Shown: positions 53,124 to 62,676 of the stretch, one piece after another
How the letters are laid out: every line of letters starts with the position of its first letter
Position numbering within the stretch: position 1 is the first letter of the stretch
Origin: an uncultured Thermoleophilia bacterium
GTDB taxonomy: Bacteria; Actinomycetota; Thermoleophilia; UBA2241
NCBI GenBank assembly: GCA_963705085.1
Contig: CAVPIV010000004.1
Location: forward strand, 181,028-245,027
DNA length: 64,000 nucleotides
Reading direction: 5' to 3'
Notes under the pieces: model-generated
Told to the model about the DNA's origin: nothing
The model's database searches: none
Seen by the model: the letters and a program-made list of their open reading frames with translations, nothing else
Program-made: the position numbers and the translations under genes

Positions 53124-54446
53124 ATGGCCAGCAAGACCAAGGTGCTCATCATGGGAGCTGCCGGGCGCGACTTCCACAACTTCAACATGTGCTTTCGCGA
53201 CAACGAGGCCTATGAGGTCGTCGCCTTCACCGCGACGCAGATCCCGTACATCAACGACCGCAAGTACCCTGCGGAGCTGGCCGGCCGTCTCTACCCGAAC
53301 GGCATTCCGATCCACGACGAGACCGAGCTGGCCGATCTCGTGACGCGGCACGGCGTCGACGAGGTCGTCTTCGCCTACAGCGACGTTCCCTACAGCTACG
53401 TCATGCATCGCTCCGCCCACGTGAACGCGCTCGGCCCCGACTTTCGTCTGCTCGGTCCTGCGCAGACGATGATCAAGAGCAGCAAACCGGTGATCGCCGT
53501 CTGCGCCGTGCGCACCGGCGCCGGCAAGAGCCAGACCACGCGCAAGATCCAGACCATGCTGCGCGGGGCCGGCAAGAAGGTCGTCAGCATCCGCCACCCC
53601 ATGCCGTACGGGGATCTGGTCGCGCAGCGCGTGCAGCGCTACGCGACGATCGCGGACCTGGCGAGGTACAACTGCACGATCGAGGAGATGGAGGAGTACG
53701 AGCCGCACGTCGCCGCCGGCAACGTGATCTACGCGGGCGTCGACTACGAGGCGATCGTCCGCCAGGCCGAGCAGGAGGCCGACGTCATCCTCTGGGACGG
53801 CGGCAACAACGACTTCAGCTTCGTCAAGCCCGACCTGTACGTGACCGTCGCCGATCCGCACCGCCCGGGCGACGGTCTGCGCTACTACCCCGGCGAGGTC
53901 AACCTGCGGCTCGCCGACGTCGTCGTGCTCAACAAGATCGACACCGCCGACCGCGCCGGCATCGAGGCCGAGATCGACAACGTGCGCTCGGTCAACCCGA
54001 ACGCCAGGATCGTCATGGGCGCCTCGCCGGTCACCGTCGATGACCCGGCGGCGATCCGCGGGCGCCGCGTCCTCGTCGTCGAGGACGGCCCCACGCTGAC
54101 GCACGGCAACATGAAGTACGGCGCCGGCACCGTGGCCGCACGCCAACTCGGCGCCGCCGAGCTCATCGATCCACGGCCCTTCGCCGTCGGCGAGATCGCG
54201 GCGACCTTCGCGAAGTACCCCAACATCGGCGTGCTGCTGCCGGCCATGGGCTACTCCGAGCAGCAGCTCACCGACCTCGCCCAGACGATCAACGCCTCGG
54301 GCGCCGACCTGGTCGTCATCGGCACGCCGATCGATCTGCGGCGCATCGTGGACATCAAGATCCCCGCCGTCCAGGTCGGGTACGACCTCCAGGAGATCGG
54401 CTCTCCGACGCTGACGGACATCCTCAGCGAACGCGGGTTCATCTGA
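53124..54446 (+). CDS. arcE: Arginine synthetase ArcE-like protein (cDPG-synthetase/P-loop family)
   Basis: MGAAGRDFHNFN, VVAFTATQIP, AVRTGAGKSQT, IRHPMPYGDL, WDGGNNDF and VEDGPTLTHG; directly upstream of OTC. Confidence 0.75.
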   Translation: MASKTKVLIMGAAGRDFHNFNMCFRDNEAYEVVAFTATQIPYINDRKYPAELAGRLYPNGIPIHDETELADLVTRHGVDEVVFAYSDVPYSYVMHRSAHVNALGPDFRLLGPAQTMIKSSKPVIAVCAVRTGAGKSQTTRKIQTMLRGAGKKVVSIRHPMPYGDLVAQRVQRYATIADLARYNCTIEEMEEYEPHVAAGNVIYAGVDYEAIVRQAEQEADVILWDGGNNDFSFVKPDLYVTVADPHRPGDGLRYYPGEVNLRLADVVVLNKIDTADRAGIEAEIDNVRSVNPNARIVMGASPVTVDDPAAIRGRRVLVVEDGPTLTHGNMKYGAGTVAARQLGAAELIDPRPFAVGEIAATFAKYPNIGVLLPAMGYSEQQLTDLAQTINASGADLVVIGTPIDLRRIVDIKIPAVQVGYDLQEIGSPTLTDILSERGFI

Positions 54447-54489
54447 TAGCATCGTTGTCCTTGCCCGTCAGCCCAGCAAGGGGGGCCGC

Positions 54490-55452
54490 ATGCCTGAGCG
54501 CTTCTATACTCGCATCACGGAGCTGGACCTCACCGGCCGCAGCTTCCTCACGATCCACGATTTCTCGTCGGCCGAGATCATGGCCCTCCTGGGTCTTGCC
54601 CGCGACCTCAAGGCTGCCCAGAAGAACCGCGAATCAGTGCACATGCTGCCTGGCCGCGCCGTGGCCCTCGTCTTCATGAAGACCTCGACGCGCACCCGCA
54701 TGAGCTTCGAGGTCGGCGTCCAGCAGCTCGGCGCGCAGCCCATCTTCCTCAACGCCAACGACATCCAGCTGCGCGTCGGCGAGACGATCAAGGACACCGC
54801 CAACGTGATGAGCCGCTACGTCGACTGCATCATGATCCGCACCTTCGCCCAGCAGGACGTCGAGGACCTGGCCGCCTACGGCCAGATCCCGGTCATCAAC
54901 GGCCTCACCGACGACCATCACCCCTGCCAGGGCATGGCCGACGCCCTCACCGTGCGCGAGCACTGCGGGGACCTGCAGGGCCGCACCCTCGTCTACACGG
55001 GCGACGGCAACAACGTGCTCACCTCGCTCATGGAGGTCGGCGCCAAGACGGGCATGAACGTCATCGCCTGCACGCCGCCGGACTACAAGCCCGCCGAGTG
55101 GGCGATCACCCGCGCCCGGGAGGACGCCCGGGAGAGCGGCGCCAGCATCGAGTGGACGAGCAACCTGCGCGCCGCCGTCAAGGGCGCCGACGTGATCTAC
55201 ACCGACACCTTCACGAGCATGGGCAAGGAGGCCGAACACGACCAGCGCCTGCAGGCCCTGCGCGACTACCAGGTCAACATGGACCTCGTCCGGCACGCCG
55301 GGCCGCAGGTCAAGGTCATGCACTGCCTGCCGGCCCACTGGGGCGAGGAGATCACCGAAGAGGTGCTCTACTCGCCCAACTCGATCGTCTTCGACCAGGC
55401 CGAGAACCGGCTGCACGCCCAGAAGGCGATCATGGCGGCGATCATCGACTGA
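54490..55452 (+). CDS. arcB: Ornithine carbamoyltransferase
   Basis: FMKTSTRTR, HPCQ, GDGNNV, DTFTSMG, MHCLP and AENRLH. Confidence 0.92.
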   Translation: MPERFYTRITELDLTGRSFLTIHDFSSAEIMALLGLARDLKAAQKNRESVHMLPGRAVALVFMKTSTRTRMSFEVGVQQLGAQPIFLNANDIQLRVGETIKDTANVMSRYVDCIMIRTFAQQDVEDLAAYGQIPVINGLTDDHHPCQGMADALTVREHCGDLQGRTLVYTGDGNNVLTSLMEVGAKTGMNVIACTPPDYKPAEWAITRAREDARESGASIEWTSNLRAAVKGADVIYTDTFTSMGKEAEHDQRLQALRDYQVNMDLVRHAGPQVKVMHCLPAHWGEEITEEVLYSPNSIVFDQAENRLHAQKAIMAAIID

Positions 55453-55492
55453 GGCGACGGCGAGACGCTGATGCCGCCGCGCCCCCTTGTCG

Positions 55493-57205
55493 TCAGATCC
55501 AGCTCGGGAACCAGTAGATCCGGGAGAACTCCTCCGGCGTCATCGGGATCGCCAGGACGACCGGCAGGAAGGCGACGACGATCCCCACGATGAGTCCGGC
55601 GGCGGCCGTCGCCACGAGCGGTCTGTGCCGCCGCAGGCGCGGCGACGCGAGCACCATCACCGCTCCCACGCCCAGCAGGCATGCAACAGCGACGCCGACC
55701 CAGCCGAGGGCCGGGCTCAGCTCACGGGGGAGGGTCCAGAAGAGCCACTGGCCGAGGCGGCCGACGGGGCTCCACAGCAGCGCCGTGGCAAGCGCGGCGC
55801 CGGTCAGCAGCAACCAGCGGCGCCGCGTCGGGTCGGCGAGTCCCGCGAACTGAGCCAGACCGGCCGCCACGAGCACGGCCAGGAACGGGGCCACCGGCGT
55901 CATGTAGAAGAGGAACGACGTGCGCGCCGTTGCGAACCAGGGCAGGTAGAGGACGGCGACGATGGCCGCCGGCACGAGCATCAGCGTCCCTCGGCGCAGG
56001 AGCGCCACGATGGGCGCCGCCACAAGGGCGAGAGTCGCCCCCCACCAGAGGAACGGATTGCCGATCGCCACCACGCCGCGGTGTTCGGTCGTCCCGCGGA
56101 AGTAGTACCAGACGGGGCGGTAGTCGATGATCCACGAGGGCGCGATCGACGCGTAGCTGTGCTCGGCGTCGAGGTCGATGCTGTACATCCACATCTGGCG
56201 CTGCAACTCCCACCAGTCGGCGAAGGTGTGACCGCTGATGAAGTACTGCGCATAGCTGGCCATGTAGACGATCGCCGGCACGAGGACGAGGGCGCCGAGG
56301 GCGGGGAGGGCATCGACGAGGGCACGCGGGATGCGCCGGTCCGGCGACGGCGGGGCGGCGGCCGTCGCGTCCCCGGACGGCGCGGATCTGTCGCCGGTCG
56401 TGGCGACCGGCTCGTGGCCGCCTCCCGGCGCCACGCCGGAGGGCGCCTCCGCCTCCGCGAGGGAGACGGTTCCCGGGACCTGCTCGAGCTCAGGGGCGGC
56501 GGACCGGCGCACGAGCCAGCCGCCGGCCACGATGAGCCCGGCCGCCAGCAGGGCGAGGACGCCCGACCACTTCGTGGCCAGGGCAAGTCCCCCGGCAAGG
56601 CCGCACAGGACCAGCCACAGCAGCTTGTGCCCGTCCTGAACGTAGCGCAGGGCGAGGTAGATGCAGAGCACCGTCCAGGCGGCGACGAAGATGTCGAGCA
56701 TCGCGACCCGCGACTGGGTGATGCCCAGGGGGTCGGCGGCGGCGAAGAGGAGGGCGACGAGCGCCCACGCCCGCGACAGGCCGAGCCGTCTGGCCACGGG
56801 ATAGACGCAGACGAGGACGACCATGCCGGCGACGACCGCCGGCAGGCGCCAGCCGATGGCACGGTCGCCGAACAGGATGATGCCGGCGGCGATCGCGAAC
56901 TTGCCCATGTCCGGGTGTGGCCAGGAGGTCGAGTCGCCGGGGATCCAGCGGTACAGCGGATTTGTTGGGCCTACGCGCCCGTCGACGATCATCCTGCCGT
57001 CCTTGACGTAGTAGACCTCGTCGAAGACGTACTCGGCCGGGAAGTCGAGGCGCCAGAGGCGCAGACCGGCCGAGACGGCGAGGATCAGGATGACGGCGGC
57101 GATCCAGAGCCGCCGGCCTGTCGGCGACCAGCGGCGGGGGGCCGCGACGCCGGTCCCGGGGCTGGCGATGGGTGTCGTCGTCGCGTTCGCCGAGTGCTCC
57201 TTCAC
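55493..57205 (-). CDS. Protein O-mannosyltransferase (PMT family)
   Basis: YVFDEVYYV, HPDMGKF, GWRLP, LATKWSG, HSYAS and IGNPFLWW. Confidence 0.88.
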   Translation of the reverse strand: MKEHSANATTTPIASPGTGVAAPRRWSPTGRRLWIAAVILILAVSAGLRLWRLDFPAEYVFDEVYYVKDGRMIVDGRVGPTNPLYRWIPGDSTSWPHPDMGKFAIAAGIILFGDRAIGWRLPAVVAGMVVLVCVYPVARRLGLSRAWALVALLFAAADPLGITQSRVAMLDIFVAAWTVLCIYLALRYVQDGHKLLWLVLCGLAGGLALATKWSGVLALLAAGLIVAGGWLVRRSAAPELEQVPGTVSLAEAEAPSGVAPGGGHEPVATTGDRSAPSGDATAAAPPSPDRRIPRALVDALPALGALVLVPAIVYMASYAQYFISGHTFADWWELQRQMWMYSIDLDAEHSYASIAPSWIIDYRPVWYYFRGTTEHRGVVAIGNPFLWWGATLALVAAPIVALLRRGTLMLVPAAIVAVLYLPWFATARTSFLFYMTPVAPFLAVLVAAGLAQFAGLADPTRRRWLLLTGAALATALLWSPVGRLGQWLFWTLPRELSPALGWVGVAVACLLGVGAVMVLASPRLRRHRPLVATAAAGLIVGIVVAFLPVVLAIPMTPEEFSRIYWFPSWI

Positions 57206-57276
57206 GCGGGGGCGTGTCTGCGACAGTATAGTGTGCGCTGCGTGCGCGCCGCTCTCCGCCCGCCGGAACGAAGGAG

Positions 57277-58815
57277 ATGCTCTTGGATCGTGTGCTCATC
57301 GGAGACGCTCCCCTGACGATCGACGACGTCATCGCGGTGGCCCGCGGGCGGGCCGAGATCGGCCTCGCCGACGCTGCGCGCCGGCGCATCGCACGCGCCC
57401 GGGCGGTGATCGTCGACGTTGTCGCCCGCGGGGAGGTCGTCTACGGCGTGACGACGGGCTTCGGCCAGCTCGCCACGACCCACATCCCGGTCGAGAAGGT
57501 GTGCGAGCTGCAGGAGAACCTCGTGCGCAGCCACGCCGTCGGCGTGGGGGCGCCGCTCTCCCGCGAGGTGGTGCGCGCCGCCATGACCGTTCGCCTCAAC
57601 ACCATGGCCCGGGGCTACTCGGGAGTGCGGCTGGAGGTCGCCGAGCAGCTGACCGCCATGCTGAACGCCGACCTGGTGCCCTGGGTGCCCTCGCGAGGGT
57701 CGCTCGGCGCCTCCGGCGATCTGGCCCCCTCGGCCCATCTCGTCCTGGCGATGATGGGTGAGGGCGAGCTGCTCGGGGTGGATGGAGGGCGCGAGCCGTC
57801 CGGGCCCGCCCTGCGGGCCGCCGGGCTCGCGCCCGTCATTCTCGAGGCCAAGGAGGGCCTCTCGCTGCTCAACGGCACCCAGTTCATGGCGGCCGTGGGC
57901 TGTCTCGCCGTCGTCGACGGCGAGTCCCTGCTCGACTCGGCCGACCTCATCGGGGCCATGAGCCTCGAGGGCCTGCGCGGCTCGGTCGGGCCGTTCCAGG
58001 ATCGGATCCAGCGACTTCGCCCGATCCCCGGGCAGCTCCACACGGCGCGCAACGTGCGCCGCGCCATCGAGGGCAGCGCGATCATGCTCAGCCACCTGAA
58101 CTGCGACAAGGTGCAGGACGCCTACTCGATCCGCTGTATCCCCCAGGTGCACGGCGCCTGCCGCGACGCCTCGCGCTGGCTGCGTGAGGTCATCTCCGTC
58201 GAAGTCGACTCCGTCACCGACAACCCGCTCGTCTTCCCGGACACCGGCGAGATCATCTCGGCCGGCAACTTCCACGGCGAGCCGCTCGCCCTGGCGCTCG
58301 ATCTGGCGGCCATGAGCCTGGCGGAGATCGCCTCCATCAGTGAGCGCCGCATCTTCCGCATGCTCACCAGCACCCTGTCGGAGCTGCCGCCTTTCCTTAC
58401 CAGGGACAGCGGCCTCAACAGCGGCTACATGCTCGGCCAGTACGTCGCGGCGGCCCTGGTCGCCGAAAACAAGGTGCTCTGCCACCCGGCCAGCGTCGAC
58501 TCGATCCCGACCTCGGCCGACCAGGAGGACCACGTGAGCCTGGGCATGACGGCGGCTCTGAAGCTGCAGGACGTCCTGCGCAACGCCCAGACCGTGCTCG
58601 GCATCGAGGCTCTCTGCGCCGCTCAGGCGATCGACTTGCTGGCCCCTCTCCAGCCGGGTCCCGGCACCGCCGCGGGGCGCGCCGCGGTGCGGCGGTTCGC
58701 CCCGGCGCTGGAACGGGATCGCTACCTCGCGCCCGAGATCGAAGCGGCGGCGCGGGCCGTCGCCGCCGGCGAGTTCGCCGCGATCGTCCGGGCGCAGCAT
58801 GCAGAGACGACGTGA
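57277..58815 (+). CDS. hutH: Histidine ammonia-lyase
   Basis: VYGVTTGFG, GSLGASGDLAP (MIO motif), KEGLSLLNGT, QDAYSIRC, GNFHG and QEDHVS. Confidence 0.95.
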   Translation: MLLDRVLIGDAPLTIDDVIAVARGRAEIGLADAARRRIARARAVIVDVVARGEVVYGVTTGFGQLATTHIPVEKVCELQENLVRSHAVGVGAPLSREVVRAAMTVRLNTMARGYSGVRLEVAEQLTAMLNADLVPWVPSRGSLGASGDLAPSAHLVLAMMGEGELLGVDGGREPSGPALRAAGLAPVILEAKEGLSLLNGTQFMAAVGCLAVVDGESLLDSADLIGAMSLEGLRGSVGPFQDRIQRLRPIPGQLHTARNVRRAIEGSAIMLSHLNCDKVQDAYSIRCIPQVHGACRDASRWLREVISVEVDSVTDNPLVFPDTGEIISAGNFHGEPLALALDLAAMSLAEIASISERRIFRMLTSTLSELPPFLTRDSGLNSGYMLGQYVAAALVAENKVLCHPASVDSIPTSADQEDHVSLGMTAALKLQDVLRNAQTVLGIEALCAAQAIDLLAPLQPGPGTAAGRAAVRRFAPALERDRYLAPEIEAAARAVAAGEFAAIVRAQHAETT

Positions 58816-60134
58816 AAGGCGGTCCGATGGGCGTGCGGCCTGACGACGATCGAGGCGCGAGCACCGACCGGGCGGCGAGCGGCAAGGTCGCCGCCGACCT
58901 CGTCTTGCGTGGTGCGAGCGAGCTGGTGACGATGACGGAGAGTCCGGCGTCAGGACTCGGCGTCATCGCCCGCGGCGCTCTGGCGGCCAGGGACGGCGCG
59001 ATCGTCTGGGTCGGCCCCGAGGCCGGGCTGGCGCAGGCCGTCGACCTGGCGCCCGACGGTCTCGAGCTCGACGCCGAGGGCTGCAGCGTCCTGCCCGGCT
59101 TCGTCGACGCGCACACGCACGTCCCCTTCGCCGGCTCGCGGGCCGACGAGTACGCCGAGCGGCTCGGCGGCGTCAGCTACGCCGACATCCTCGCCCGCGG
59201 CGGCGGTATCAACCGCACGGTGACGGCCACGCGCGAGGCGACGGAGGAGGAGCTCGCGCGTCTCTCCGCGGCCCGCTACGACAGCATGCTGCGTCACGGC
59301 ACGACGACGGCCGAGGTCAAGAGCGGCTACGGCCTGACGACGGCCGACGAGGCGAAGCAGCTGCGGGCGGCCGCGGTCGACCATCCCCTGCGCCGCGAGT
59401 ACACCTTTCTCGGCGCGCACCTGACGCCGCCGGAGTTCAAGGACCGCGACGACGCCTTCATCGACCTGGTCTGCGACGAGATGATTCCCGCCTGCGCGTC
59501 CCTGGCGACGTGGTGTGACGTGTTCTGCGACGAGGGCGCCTTCACCGTCGCCCAGTCCCGTCGCGTCCTGCTCGCCGGCCGCGCCGCCGGTCTCGGCCTG
59601 CGCATCCACGCCGACGAGCTGGCTCGCAGCGGCGGCTCCCGGCTGGCGGCTGAGCTCGGCTGCGCCTCGGCCGAGCACCTCATCCACGCCACCTGGGAGG
59701 ACATCGCCGCCATGAAGGCTGCCGGGGTCACTCCTGTGGTCCTGCCGGGGACCAGCTACACGCTGGGCGTCCAGTATGCCCCGGCGCGCGCCTTCCTCGA
59801 GGCCGGGCTCACCATAGCTCTGGCGACGGACTTCAATCCCGGAAGCTGCTACAGCGAGAACCTGCAACTCATGATCTCGCTCGCCTGCCAGCAGATGAAG
59901 CTGACGCCGGACGAAGCCCTGTTCGCCGCCACGGCCGGCGGCGCCGTGGCTCTGCGCCGCGACGACGTCGGGGCTCTGGCGGTGGGGAAGAGGTGCGACT
60001 TCAGCGTGCTGGTCGCCGTCAATCACCGTGAGCTGCCGTACCACTTCGGCGTCAGCCTCGTCGACAGCGTCGTCGTCGCGGGCCGCGTCGTCGTGCAGAA
60101 CGGCGTGCGCGTGGACGGCGCCGCCAAGCTCTGA
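58812..60134 (+). CDS. hutI: Imidazolonepropionase
   Basis: PGFVDAHTH, GGGINRTV, EVKSGYGL, HADEL and ALATDFNPGS. Confidence 0.95.
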   Translation: MKGGPMGVRPDDDRGASTDRAASGKVAADLVLRGASELVTMTESPASGLGVIARGALAARDGAIVWVGPEAGLAQAVDLAPDGLELDAEGCSVLPGFVDAHTHVPFAGSRADEYAERLGGVSYADILARGGGINRTVTATREATEEELARLSAARYDSMLRHGTTTAEVKSGYGLTTADEAKQLRAAAVDHPLRREYTFLGAHLTPPEFKDRDDAFIDLVCDEMIPACASLATWCDVFCDEGAFTVAQSRRVLLAGRAAGLGLRIHADELARSGGSRLAAELGCASAEHLIHATWEDIAAMKAAGVTPVVLPGTSYTLGVQYAPARAFLEAGLTIALATDFNPGSCYSENLQLMISLACQQMKLTPDEALFAATAGGAVALRRDDVGALAVGKRCDFSVLVAVNHRELPYHFGVSLVDSVVVAGRVVVQNGVRVDGAAKL

Positions 60135-60144
60135 GCTCGGGGCG

Positions 60145-60184
60145 GGCGGCGGCGCGCCTGATGGCGCGCCACCGCCTCTGTTCT
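60145..60184 (+). terminator. Rho-independent terminator after hutI
   Basis: GGCGGCGGCGCGCC-TGAT-GGCGCGCCACCGCC followed by TCTGTTCT. Confidence 0.65.
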
Positions 60185-60251
60185 CGCGTGGGCGTGATCT
60201 CCCGCAGATGAGTGCGTGCTTTTCCGTCCGCGGCCGCTCCTATCATCTCCC

Positions 60252-60300
60252 TTGACACGAACGTGTGTTCACCCTAAGCTCCATACGAACACACGTTCGA
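60252..60300 (+). promoter_or_regulatory. lexA promoter with two SOS boxes
   Basis: TTGACA-17-TAAGCT; CGAAC-GTGT-GTTCA (60258-71) and CGAAC-ACAC-GTTCG (60286-99). Confidence 0.9.
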
Positions 60301-60316
60301 CGAAACAGGAGGAACG

Positions 60317-60916
60317 GTGGAAGGTCTCACCCAGCGGCAAGAGCAGGTTCTGGAGTACATCCGCGAGAGCGTGCGCAGGGACGGCTACCCACCGACGGTC
60401 CGCGAGATCTGCACAGCCCTCGGGCTGTCGTCGCCCTCCACGGTGCACGCGCACCTCGCCAACCTCGAGCGGCGAGGTCTCATCAAACGCGACCCCACCA
60501 AGCCGCGCGCCCTCGACCTGGCCGAGGGGCACAAGCCCGTTCGGCCATTGCCGCTGGTCGGTCGTGTCGCCGCCGGCGCCCCCATCCTGGCCGAGGAGAA
60601 CATCGAGGATATGGTCGACGTCCCGGCGTTCCTGCGCCGCGACGACGGCGACTTCCTCCTGCGCGTCCACGGCGACTCCATGGTCGAGGCCGGCATCTTC
60701 GACGAGGACTACATCGTCGTGCACCCGGCCGAGCAGGCCGCCAACGGCGAGATCGTGGTGGCGATGGTCGGCGACGAGGCGACCACCAAGCGTTTCTTCA
60801 GTGAAGGGCCCAAGGTCCGCCTGCAGCCCGAGAACAGCCTGTACGAGCCGATCGTCGTCGACGCCGACGCGGTCCGCCTGGTCGGCAAAGTCGTGGGGGT
60901 GCTCCGCAAGCTATGA
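60317..60916 (+). CDS. lexA: SOS repressor LexA
   Basis: LTQRQ..VL, GYPPTVREIC, GRVAAGAP cleavage site, GDSM (catalytic S) and EATTKRF (K). Confidence 0.97.
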   Translation: MEGLTQRQEQVLEYIRESVRRDGYPPTVREICTALGLSSPSTVHAHLANLERRGLIKRDPTKPRALDLAEGHKPVRPLPLVGRVAAGAPILAEENIEDMVDVPAFLRRDDGDFLLRVHGDSMVEAGIFDEDYIVVHPAEQAANGEIVVAMVGDEATTKRFFSEGPKVRLQPENSLYEPIVVDADAVRLVGKVVGVLRKL

Positions 60917-61146
60917 ACGTCCTGCCGCTGACCGCGCTGCCTCTGCAATCGCTCGCCGACGTCGTCGACGAGACGCTCGCCGGCGCCCTTGCCGGGCACG
61001 GCCAGTCGTGCCTGTGGTGTGGCGGCGGCCCCGTCCGTGTCACGTCCTTCGACTTCTGGACAGGCGAGGTCAAGGTGCTCTGCCCGGAGTGCGGCAGCGA
61101 GCTCAGCGGCGCCGTGGTTCGCCATCGTCTCGAGGTGCCGGCGTGA
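60913..61146 (+). CDS. 77-aa zinc-ribbon protein
   Basis: CLWC...CPEC; overlaps lexA stop and the next start. Confidence 0.65.
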   Translation: MNVLPLTALPLQSLADVVDETLAGALAGHGQSCLWCGGGPVRVTSFDFWTGEVKVLCPECGSELSGAVVRHRLEVPA

Positions 61147-61568
61147 GCGGCTTGGCGCACGGCCGCCGCGTCTCCGCGACCGGCGCTCGTCCTGCCGCGC
61201 AGACCCGGTCCATGCGCGCGCCGGAAGCCCGCGGTGGAGGGTGGCGAGCCGGCGGCCGGGCTGGGCGGCGCGAGCTGCGCCGGCGCCGCCTCGCCGGCCT
61301 GCTTCGGTTTGCCGTGTTCCTGCTGTTCGTCTTCGTCGCCGTCTGGGCCGGGGTGCGTGTCGCGCACGCCACCAGCGACGCGGCCGTCTACCAGGGCGAG
61401 CGCTATGTTGTCCAGGTTGGCGACACCCTGTGGGACATCGCCCTTCGCCACGACAGCGACGTCGACCCGCGACGCGTCGTGTACGGCATCCGCGTCGCCA
61501 ACGGGCTGCCCAGCGGGCACGTCCTGCAGCCTGGCGACACGCTGATGCTGCCGTACCGCGGGGAGTAG
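61143..61568 (+). CDS. Membrane-anchored LysM protein (YneA/ChiZ-like SOS division inhibitor)
   Basis: Basic N-terminus, single TM helix, YVVQVGDTLWDIA...ANGL...LQPGDTLMLP. Confidence 0.85.
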   Translation: MSGLAHGRRVSATGARPAAQTRSMRAPEARGGGWRAGGRAGRRELRRRRLAGLLRFAVFLLFVFVAVWAGVRVAHATSDAAVYQGERYVVQVGDTLWDIALRHDSDVDPRRVVYGIRVANGLPSGHVLQPGDTLMLPYRGE

Positions 61569-61597
61569 TAGCTGCGTAGGGTATACTTGGCGGGCGC

Positions 61598-61674
61598 CGG
61601 GACGTGGCGCAGCCTGGCAGCGCACCTGCTTTGGGAGCAGGGGGTCGGCGGTTCGAATCCGCCCGTCCCGACCA
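61598..61674 (+). tRNA. tRNA-Pro (UGG)
   Basis: Cloverleaf, anticodon arm CCTGC-TTTGGGA-GCAGG, GGTTCGAATCC, CCA end. Confidence 0.97.
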
Positions 61675-61685
61675 GCACTACTCGA

Positions 61686-61762
61686 GCGGGAGTAGCTCAG
61701 TTGGCTAGAGCATCAGCCTTCCAAGCTGAGGGTCGCGGGTTCGAAGCCCGTCTCCCGCTCCA
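61686..61762 (+). tRNA. tRNA-Gly (UCC)
   Basis: TCAGC-CTTCCAA-GCTGA anticodon arm, GGTTCGAAG, CCA end. Confidence 0.97.
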
Positions 61763-61823
61763 CTTTCCTTCGCTGGCCGGCGCACAACCGTCCGCCACAG
61801 CCGTCGCACCGTAGGCCTCGCGT

Positions 61824-61900
61824 GCGCCCGTAGCTCAGCCGGATAGAGCAGGAGACTTCTAATCTTCAGGTCGCAGGTTCGAATCCTGCCGGGCGCGCCA
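61824..61900 (+). tRNA. tRNA-Arg (UCU)
   Basis: GGAGA-CTTCTAA-TCTTC anticodon arm, GGTTCGAATCC, CCA end. Confidence 0.97.
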
Positions 61901-62184
61901 GAACCCCTCCGGATGGCAGAGGACCGTCGTCCCGTGGTACTATCGCTACGGCGCCGCCAGGCGCCCGCTTTGACATCCATCCTCCCACACGCAACGGCTT
62001 CCGGCCGTGCATGAGGCGGCCTGCGCCCCCGTACCCAGGGGCGCGACAGACAGCGGCCGCCGAGGCCCGTCGGCGTCCTCGCGATTCAATCGAGACGAGA
62101 GCGCCGGCGGCGCCGTCCACCGCCGCCCGGGGCCCTGGCGTCGAAGGTGCGACACCCTCCCTTGACTCCTCCGCGCTGCAGGCC

Positions 62185-62283
62185 CTAGCGCCGCGAGCGG
62201 TTCCGCCACAGCCACCTGGCGACGAGCACGGCGGCGCTGATGCCGATGACGACCATGCCGACCGACCAGAGTTCAACCAGCAC
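62185..62283 (-). CDS. 32-aa single-TM small protein (below the ORF-track cutoff)
   Basis: GGGAGG RBS 7 nt before GTG; MLVELWSVGMVVIGISAAVLVARWLWRNRSRR. Confidence 0.55.
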   Translation of the reverse strand: MLVELWSVGMVVIGISAAVLVARWLWRNRSRR

Positions 62284-62304
62284 TTAAGCGCCTCCCGCGT
62301 CTCT

Positions 62305-62592
62305 TCACTCGACCCGGACGAGGTAGTCCGGGCAGCCGTACGCTGGACCCCGAATGATGCCGAGCCAGTGTGTGTACAGGGTGAGCTCCCCGGCGGCCCG
62401 CAGTCGCAAGGCGGTCTCGCTCAGGACCGTGTCGGGGACGTCCTCGAGCGGGACGAGTGTGTACATCTCGCCGGCTTCGCGGTTGAGGACGAACGCCTCC
62501 AGCTCGGCTTCGACCGCCGTCAGCAGAGGCTTGGGCTCGAGCCGGTCGTCTCCGTCGCCGGCCACGAGCGGCTGGGCGTGCGTGACTCTCAC
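62305..62592 (-). CDS. Hypothetical protein
   Basis: 95-aa ORF with normal composition and GC3 bias. Confidence 0.45.
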   Translation of the reverse strand: MRVTHAQPLVAGDGDDRLEPKPLLTAVEAELEAFVLNREAGEMYTLVPLEDVPDTVLSETALRLRAAGELTLYTHWLGIIRGPAYGCPDYLVRVE

Positions 62593-62676
62593 GAGGACCC
62601 CCGATCGACACGCGTCCGTTGCGAGGATAGCCGCCCGCGGGGGCTGCCGCCACGGGCGGCCGCCGGCGGACGAGCG

